Below, piece after piece: positions 23,376 through 32,000 of a stretch of 32,000 bases of DNA. The stretch lies in sequence record LT986467.1. One strand, written 5' to 3'. Within the stretch, counting starts at the first letter, position 1. Each line of letters opens with the position of its first letter. Both the position numbers and the translations under genes were made by a program. The notes beneath the pieces were generated by a model. That model was not told the DNA's origin. It saw nothing but the letters and a program-made list of their open reading frames with translations, and searched no databases.

Positions 23376-23433
23376 AAGAATATTATTTTATTAATTTATT
23401 AATAATATTATTTTATTTATTAAGAATATTATT
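23376..23433 (-). terminator. Two exact 3' dodecamers spaced 46 nt apart, downstream of VAR1
   Basis: aagaatattatt at 23376-23387 and at 23422-23433. Both sit in a local duplication (ttaagaatattatttta...). Confidence 0.6.
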
Positions 23434-23628
23434 TTATATAATTCTTTATATTATATATTTTATATTAATAATAAAAAAAAATATAATAGAAAAAAGAGTA
23501 TTAGATAAATATATATATTAGATATATTTATATAAAAAGATTAATTTATATAATTTTTATAATTAGTATATTAATAATAATAGTAATATAAATTTTATTT
23601 AATTTACTATCAATAAAGAATTATTTAA

Positions 23629-23693
23629 CCCTCATGGGATCAACATTAACATTATTCGGTGTATATGAACAACAGAAATTGCGACCGTGGGGG
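23629..23693 (+). repeat. Degenerate M-type relative, copy B
   Basis: ccctcatgggatcaacattaacattattcggtgtatatgaacaacagaaattgcgaccgtggggg. Confidence 0.65.
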
Positions 23694-23984
23694 ATTTATT
23701 TATTTATTAATTTATTTATTAATTTATTTATAATTTTTAACTAATTATAAATTTAAATAGGATTAATTTATAAATTATTGTTTATTATAATAATATATAA
23801 AATTAATTACCTTAATATAAATAATTTATAATTTATTTTATATAATTAATATATTATTTATATTATATATAAATTATATAGATATAAAAAATAAATATTA
23901 TTTATATATATATTTATTATTATTATTATATATATATATATTATATATATTATTATTATTTATTATTATTATTATATATATATA

Positions 23985-25097
<1,113 letters not shown>

Positions 25098-25123
25098 TAT
25101 TATTTATTATTATTTTTATCTAT

Positions 25124-25154
<31 letters not shown>

Positions 25155-25534
25155 ATATTTATATATATAATATGCATCTTTATTATAATATTATTTATTA
25201 TTATAGATAATAATATATTAGATATTTATTTGCAGTTTATTAATAATATATAAAATAAATATTATAATTTTTTATATATTATAAAATTTATAATTAATTA
25301 ATTATAATATTATAAATATTAAAATATAGAATTTTATTAAATATATATATAATATAAATTTAAAGAATTATTAATTATTTATAATCTTTAATATATTATA
25401 TTATAAATTATTATATAAATAATATTATTTATAAATTATTATTATTATTATTATATTAATATACTTTATATTTATTATAAATTATTTTATAATAATAGGA
25501 GTAATATTAATATTATTATATATATATATTATTA

Positions 25535-25621
25535 CGGATGATGTAGGATTTGAACCTACGTAGCCAATAAAGACTAATGATAGCTCAAATATCACACTTT
25601 AAACCACTCAGTCAACCATCC
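25535..25621 (-). tRNA. trnS: tRNA-Ser (anticodon UGA) with a long variable arm
   Basis: The rc reads GGATGGTTGACTGAGTGGTTTAAAGTGTGATATTTGAGCTATCATTAGTCTTTATTGGCTACGTAGGTTCAAATCCTACATCATCCG. It lies between ATP9 and VAR1, as in S. cerevisiae. Confidence 0.9.
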
Positions 25622-25980
25622 TAAAATGAATAAACCTATATATATATTATATTTATATTATAAATAATATTTAATATAATATTATATAATTAAAAATATA
25701 AAAACTTTTATTACCCTTTTTTTATAAAAATTATATAAATTATCATATAATTACAATTAATACAATTAATATAATTAATTAAAAAGGTTATAATATTTTA
25801 ATAAATTATTATTATATAATTATCATATATTTTATTTTATTATATTATTAATATAAACCCTATATATATAAATATATATATAAATATAAATATAAATTAC
25901 AATATTTAAATAATATTAATATAAATGTATTAAATGTTTAAATAATCATAATTAAATATTTTTAATAAAATGTATATATA

Positions 25981-26013
25981 CTCCTTCGGGGTCCCCCCCG
26001 CCGGGGCGGGGGA
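25981..26013. repeat. Beta-type GC cluster outside any ori
   Basis: CTCCTTCGGGGTCCCCCCCGCCGGGGCGGGGGAC. It belongs to the same family as the inserts at 19109-19133 and 28373-28397. Confidence 0.75.
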
Positions 26014-26480
26014 CTTTTTATTATATTATATATAATATATTATAATTTAATTATAACCCTTATTATTAAATTAATTGTAACTAATATTATATTATTTAAT
26101 GAATAATACAATAAGGTTGGATTACATTCAATTAAATATATTAAATATATTTTATATATAAAGAATTTATTATTTATTAATAAATATTTTTATAATATAT
26201 ATATATATTTATTTATTTATTAATAATATTTTTATGATAAATAAATAATATATCTCTTAATAATATTTTATTAAATATTAATATTTATAATATTTATAAT
26301 AAGAGTGGATTATAAATTTATTATTATTAATGATATAAAAATTAATTATATATTATCCATTATTTATTTATTTATATATTAATTTATAAAATATATTTTT
26401 TATTATAATTTATTTATATATATATATATATATATATTATTATTATATAATATTATATTTTTATAATAATATATAATTAT

Positions 26481-26492
26481 AAGAATGTTATT
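26481..26492 (-). terminator. Variant 3' dodecamer downstream of ATP9 (one mismatch)
   Basis: The plus strand reads aagaatgttatt, rc AATAACATTCTT. It lies 75 nt downstream of the ATP9 stop codon. Confidence 0.5.
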
Positions 26493-26566
26493 AATTTAAT
26501 CAATGAAATTTTATTTTATTAATTCGTTATTTTTTTATAATATAATATATTATTTAGATATATATA

Positions 26567-26806
<240 letters not shown>

Positions 26807-27208
26807 TTATTAAATATTTAATCTATTCTTATTTTTATATTATATATTAATTTTATTATTATTTAATATATATATAATTATATATAAAAAAATATTATAT
26901 ATAATTAACATATTAATATTGTTATTTATTATTTTTAATACACTTTTTTATTATTAATAATACTTATTGATAATTATTATTTTTATACCTTTTTATAATA
27001 TATATAAAATATATTTTATTAATTAAATTATAAAATAATATTATTAATTAATATTATTATTTTTTATTAATCCTATCTATATATTTTATTTATTATTTTT
27101 TTTTATTAAATTATTATATATATATATACTTTTATATAAATGTGTATAAGATTTATATAATTATTATTATATTATGATAAAAATTAAATATCATATAACT
27201 ATATATAT

Positions 27209-27217
27209 TACTTATAT
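27209..27217 (-). promoter_or_regulatory. Candidate promoter nonamer for the ATP9-tRNA-Ser-VAR1 unit
   Basis: The plus strand reads tacttatat, rc ATATAAGTA. It lies about 410 nt upstream of the ATP9 ATG and is the only such nonamer between ATP9 and the next ori. Confidence 0.6.
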
Positions 27218-27426
27218 TAATATTAATAATAAAAATATTAATATTTATATACTAATACTCTTATTTATTATATATAAATAATTTAATTTAATCATAAAAA
27301 TATATTAATTGATATTTAATAATATATTTATTAAAAAAAATTATCTATTAAAATAATTAATAATATTATTTATTATAAATATAAAATATAATTATCTTTA
27401 TTTATTAATATAATAAAATATATAAA

Positions 27427-27473
27427 CCCCACGCCAAATCCGTTGTTCATATACACCAAATTGATCCCATAGG
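27427..27473 (-). repeat. Degenerate M-type relative, copy C
   Basis: ccccacgccaaatccgttgttcatatacaccaaattgatcccatagg. Its rc aligns with 23629-23693. Confidence 0.65.
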
Positions 27474-27816
27474 AAAATAAAAATAAGAATAATAATTATA
27501 AAAATATAAAACCTATAATATATTTAATTATAAATAAATATATAATATTTTATTAAGTTTATTTTATTATTATTATAAAATTAAAGAAATAAAAAGAATA
27601 TAATTTTTTTAAGCCTATATTATATATATATATATATATATATGTATAAAGATAAATAAATAATAACAATTATAAAGTTATAAAAGAATTAATATTATAA
27701 CCCTCACTATTATATTATATTATATTATATTATATTATATTATATTATATTATTATTATTATATTATATTATATTATATTATATTATTATTATTATTATA
27801 TTATATTATATTAATT

Positions 27817-27850
27817 GGGACCAATCCGGTGAACAACGGGGTTGGCGCCC
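27817..27850. repeat. M-type GC cluster flanked by microsatellites
   Basis: GGGACCAATCCGGTGAACAACGGGGTTGGCGCCC. (TATAT)n runs at 27709-27810 lie upstream and (ATT)13 at 27852-27890 lies downstream. Confidence 0.8.
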
Positions 27851-27851
27851 A

Positions 27852-27892
<41 letters not shown>

Positions 27893-28231
27893 GGAAAAAT
27901 TTATTATTATTATTATTAAATTACAACATTTTAATAATAATAAAGAAATTATAAATAAAAATATATTCATTATTATAATTATATATACCTTACTAATCAT
28001 GTGAATCACCGTAGGATTAAATATTAAATATTAAATAGACGGAATATAATAAAAAGAAATAATTTTATTATTTCATAATTTATTATTATTATATATAATA
28101 TTTATTAAGAATATATATATTTATATATATATATATATCTTATTTTTATTTTTTTTATGATATAATTTATATTTTAATAATATTATTATATATTAATATA
28201 TATAATATATTATTAATTATTATTTATATTT

Positions 28232-28572
28232 GAGGTGGGGGTCCCAATTATTATTTTCAATAATAATTTATTATGGGACCCGGATTTCTTCTTGTTCTTA
28301 TTTATTATATTATTTATTTGATTATTATTTAATATTATAATTTATTTTATTCAATTTATTATATCGTTTATACTCCTACGGGGTTCCCAGTGGGGACTTT
28401 TATTTATATTATATAATTAATTATTTTATAATTATTATATATTAGTTATATTATAAAATATTAACTAATGTGTGCTTTATATATATTTAATAGTTTGGTT
28501 ATTGATCACCCACCCCCTCCCCCTATTACGTCTCCGAGGTCCCGGTTTCGTAAGAAACCGGGACTTATATAT
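28232..28572 (-). other. ori/rep element with beta-type and gamma-type GC insertions; the promoter is disrupted
   Basis: GAGGTGGGGGTCCC at 28232-28245. GGGACCCGG at 28275-28283. Insert CTCCTACGGGGTTCCCAGTGGGGAC at 28373-28397. Cluster C rc at 28505-28523. An insert at 28530-28564 (GTCTCCGAGGTCCCGGTTTCGTAAGAAACCGGGAC) splits the nonamer, giving rc AATATATAAGT|...|GTAATAGGGGG. Confidence 0.8.
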
Positions 28573-29081
28573 TAGTAAATAAAAAATATAACAATACTTA
28601 TAAAAAATCATAATTTATTTAAACTTATTATAATAAAATATTTATTAATAATAAAAATAATAATATATATAATATATCTATAATATTTTTATTATTATTA
28701 TTTATAATAACAAGGGATTCCAATCTCCGTATCAGTGGATTTAAATAATTATAATTAAAGTAAATAAATATAAAATAATTATTATAATATTAATTAATAC
28801 CAATTAATTTTAATTTTATTAAAGAATCAATAAAATAAATATTAAAAATTATATTTATAATTATATTAAAAATTAATTATTAATAGTTTTATGTATTTAT
28901 GATAATTAATTCTAAAGTAATTTTATATTATCAATAGTAATAATCATTAATATATATATATATATATAAAGAACTTTATATTAAATTTTATATTTAATGA
29001 ATACTTTTATATTTTTTTTTTATAAATAAAAATAATAAGATTATATAATAGTTATACTTCATGATAATTTATTATTTGTAA

Positions 29082-29146
29082 GAAATGAAATGAAATGAAA
29101 TGAAATGAAATGAAATGAAATGAAATGAAATGAAATGAAATGAAAT
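29082..29146. repeat. (GAAAT)13 pentanucleotide microsatellite with degenerate tail units
   Basis: Direct reading: 13 perfect units, then aagat, gaaat, aaaat. Confidence 0.95.
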
Positions 29147-29473
29147 AAGATGAAATAAAATAAAAAAGAATAATGATAATAATAATTAATAAATTTATAA
29201 TATATTAAATAATAATATATATATTAATATATATAATTATATGATAAAATAATAGGTAAGTTATAATTCAATTTATTTGTATTATATTATTCATTGGTTT
29301 ATATTGATTTAATGAGTATATTATTTCATTATTAATTAATTAATTTATATTTATTTTTACATTATAGACATTAATATTATTCGATTAATTTGAATAACCG
29401 AATTAATTGTATTTAATTTAATATAATATATTAAGGTTTTATAAAAAGGGTAAATTAGATATATATTATTATA

Positions 29474-29485
29474 AAGAATATTATT
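29474..29485 (-). terminator. 3' mRNA-processing dodecamer for COB
   Basis: The plus strand reads aagaatattatt, rc AATAATATTCTT. It lies about 110 nt downstream of the COB stop codon. Confidence 0.75.
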
Positions 29486-29594
29486 AAAGTATTATTATTA
29501 ATAATAATATTTATTATTAATAATAATTTATATATATATCAATGTATTAATGTATATTATTAAAAAATAATTAATTATATAATTATTTATTTAT

Positions 29595-29946
29595 TTATTT
29601 ATTAACTCTACCAATATAGAATAAAACATTTTCAATAGTAGAGATAACAGGTACAATAATTAAGAAATATGCGAAGTAGATAAATGTAGCGATTTGTCCC
29701 ATTAAGACATAAGGTACTTCTACATGGCATGCTCCAATTTGTCCTAATAATACGAAATTGAATACAAAGATAAAGAAGAAGAATTTAGATAATACTTTAA
29801 AAGTATTACCTCTTACTACACTTCTATCAGTAAATGGTAAAACTAATAATACTAAAATAGCTGCAAACATTAGAATAACTCCTAATAATTTATCAGGAAT
29901 AGATCTTAAAATAGCATAGAATGGTAATAAGTATCATTCAGGTACA
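29595..29946 (-). CDS. COB: Apocytochrome b, last exon (B6-equivalent). The 5' boundary is ambiguous by 1 nt because of a shared T.
   Basis: It translates as (I)[24 protein letters not shown](T)[91 protein letters not shown] followed by a stop. The upstream part needs TGA=Trp. Confidence 0.92.
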
Positions 29947-30695
29947 CAATTTATATATGTTAACATAAGATTATTTAATATCTTATCTCAATAATTTTCA
30001 TTATTGTTCAGACTATGTCATTAATTTATAATAAAAGATTACAACTTTTGATATTTTATAATATATATAATATATATATTTTATTTTATATATAATATAT
30101 ATTAATATTAAAAATAAAAAAAAAAATTAATAATCTATTCTTTATTTAAAAATAATTTATAAATTAATTGGTTTTCGTGGAAAGGTATTACTATCTCAGT
30201 TCACTTTCTAGTCGTTGAACGTTTTTATATCTTATATTATATTAATATTATTATTATTATTATATATATATATTAATATATAATATAGAGATGATATAAA
30301 CTTCGCTGCAAGTTGTCATAGTATTATTTATTTATTAATACCTTAGATTTTCTTGACAATTAACCAATTTTTAATCATTAAACTTCTTATAGGATTACCA
30401 CGAAGCGGAAACTTAAGAATATTTAATGCTACTGTACTTTTTATTATTATTTATTATTAATTAATTAATTAATTAATTTATTTATTTATTATAATTTTTC
30501 ATATATTTAATATAATATATTAAATATAAATTCTAAAGGAATATATATAAATAATTATATTTTATTAATAGAATTTTTATAAAATAAATAAATATATTTT
30601 TATTAATAATTATTATTTATTTTTTTTTTATATAAAATAAATAATAAAAAAAATAAGATTAAATAATAATAATTTTATTAATATTTTTAATATCA
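29947..30695 (-). other. Group I intron, bI5-like, with no ORF
   Basis: It separates two contiguous COB coding blocks. The upstream exon ends in U and the intron ends in G (position 29947). Core motifs ctagtcgttgaacgtt at 30218-30233 and cttcgctgc at 30301-30309 are shared with the 21S intron. Confidence 0.85.
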
Positions 30696-30745
30696 ATAGA
30701 TGCTGGTGTTACTAAAGGATTACCAGGGATATAGTTATCAGGATG
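30696..30745 (-). CDS. COB: Apocytochrome b, penultimate exon (B5-equivalent, about 51 nt)
   Basis: The rc reads CATCCTGATAACTATATCCCTGGTAATCCTTTAGTAACACCAGCATCTAT(T), which translates as HPDNYIPGNPLVTPASI. This is directly contiguous with VPEWY of the last exon. Confidence 0.9.
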
Positions 30746-30811
30746 CTTTTATAATAAATATAAAATGGACTATATCTTCATAAAAATTTATATTACACTA
30801 TCCTATTTCAT

Positions 30812-30884
30812 CGTCCCGCCCGCAGGGTGGGCGGGGGGGGGGGCGGAACTACCCGCGACCCACCCACCCACTGGTCGCGGGTGG
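30812..30884. repeat. Atypical, very GC-rich element inside the bI4-like intron
   Basis: CGTCCCGCCCGCAGGGTGGGCGGGGGGGGGGGCGGAACTACCCGCGACCCACCCACCCACTGGTCGCGGGTGG. Stems are CCCGCCC/GGGCGGG (30815-21/30829-35) and ACCCGCGACC/GGTCGCGGGT (30851-60/30873-82). A run of 11 G lies at 30833-30843. Confidence 0.85.
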
Positions 30885-31124
30885 TTTCTTTCATAAACTA
30901 TTATTATTTATTCAATCATGTTTAATGATCAGAATTTTATTTAATAAGATTGTAAAAATATAATCTACCGATTCATAATAATTTATATTATCTTTAACAA
31001 TAATTTACAAAGATGTTATATTATTATAAAGGAATCTTTAAATATTTTATAAATTAGAGAATATAATAATGAATACGGAGAAAATTTAATTATTATTTCA
31101 TTTTTCATTAAATTTTAATCAAGC

Positions 31125-32000
31125 TTTATATAAAGCTGTATTATGAGGTGCTTTAAAAGCTAATAAATCATATAAATAATAAAATTTATCAATTAAAAAT
31201 AAACGTTTACCTTTATTAGATTTAGAAGGACAACTTTTATTATAAAGATAAAAAATATTATGTAATTCTTTATTATTAATAGATCATTTAAAATAACCAT
31301 TTTGAGCTTTATCAAAATAAATATTACCACCAAATACTTCTCTATAGTATTCAACATCATGTAAATATTTATTTGTAACGCTAATAGTTAATTGAGGTCT
31401 AATTTTTAATTTACCGGAATAATAATAATTAATAGTACCATCAGCATCAAAGAACCCTATAAATCAAGCATTATCTTTAGTTAATTTAATAGGTTCTTTA
31501 AAATCGATATTTAATAAAATACATACTTTATTAAATTGTACTAATCTTTTACTATTACGAATATTACCATTAACGGCATTAATTAATTTAATTATACCTT
31601 CTTTATTTTGTAATCTATATCTAATAGCCTTAACACCTGATCTTAATTTTACAGAACCACCCAATTTATCTTGGATTTGTCTTAACATTTTTTCATCTTT
31701 TAATTCTACAAGAATTTCACAAGATGCATATTTATTTTTAGTAATACAAAAATAACCATCTCCGTCAATTAAACCGGCCAATCATTGGTTAAATCTAATA
31801 TTACTATCTTTATAAATACTATAATGTCTTTTAAGAATAATTTGATTTATTTTTTTTATATTAAAAATATTTAATAAATAATTAAATTTATTTTTAAGTG
31901 TGCGTGTAGTCTCTGAAGTATCTACTAACAAATTCTTTTTATTACTCGTTAAGTGAGTATTAGAAGAATTTATATTGGTTACCTGCTGATTATCTTCTTT
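31125..32000 (-). CDS. BI4: Intron-encoded LAGLIDADG maturase/homing-endonuclease-type protein, bI4-like. The N-terminus lies outside the window and the C-terminal end is uncertain (see findings).
   Basis: Under table 3 the frame is open from 32000 down to TAA at 31125-31127. Two LAGLIDADG motifs are present: WLAGLIDGDGYF (rc of about 31749-31784) and WFIGFFDADGTI (rc of about 31431-31466). The ORF track fragment 31464-31781 is the part between two TGA-Trp codons. Confidence 0.88.

Larger units (their letters stand above)
30746..32000 (-). other. 3' part of a group I intron, bI4-like, carrying a LAGLIDADG ORF. It continues beyond the window end.
   Basis: It ends in G at 30746, directly before the B5-equivalent exon. 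It contains the maturase-type ORF and an inserted GC element. Confidence 0.85.

Overview
This window is yeast mitochondrial DNA of the Saccharomyces sensu stricto type. It consists of very A+T-rich spacers with short GC clusters, ori/rep elements and small gene islands. It has to be read with the yeast mitochondrial code (table 3: TGA=Trp, ATA=Met, CTN=Thr). The supplied ORF track appears to use the standard code, so it fragments COX3, VAR1, COB and the intron ORF.

On the minus strand I find:
- the 5' ~3 kb of 21S rRNA, with a short ORF-less group I intron at the omega site
- tRNA-Pro, RNase P RNA (RPM1) and tRNA-fMet
- COX3, tRNA-Val and tRNA-Phe
- VAR1, tRNA-Ser(UGA) and ATP9
- the last two COB exons, a bI5-like intron, and the 3' part of a bI4-like intron carrying a LAGLIDADG maturase ORF

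On the plus strand I find 15S rRNA, tRNA-Trp and tRNA-Thr(UAG).

Promoter nonamers (WTATAAGTA) sit next to the expected 5' ends, and 3' dodecamers (AATAATATTCTT) follow the protein genes.

The window also holds five full ori/rep elements. Three are intact and two are disrupted. There are five further solo or decayed ori hairpins, many GC clusters and many microsatellites.

The gene order is COB-ATP9-trnS-VAR1-trnF-trnT1-trnV-COX3-trnfM-RPM1-trnP-(inverted trnW-rns)-rnl. This is not the S288C order. From memory it resembles what has been reported for Eurasian S. paradoxus. I cannot verify that here.

I found no non-mitochondrial system. The most notable items are:
- the strand inversion of the rns-trnW block
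- the ori family architecture, including an inverted intact pair and a copy lacking cluster C
- the ORF-less omega intron
- an atypical G-tract-rich GC element inside the bI4-like intron
- a possible frameshift at the end of the maturase ORF
- inverted degenerate GC-cluster copies bracketing gene units

Coordinates were counted by eye and may be off by a few nucleotides.
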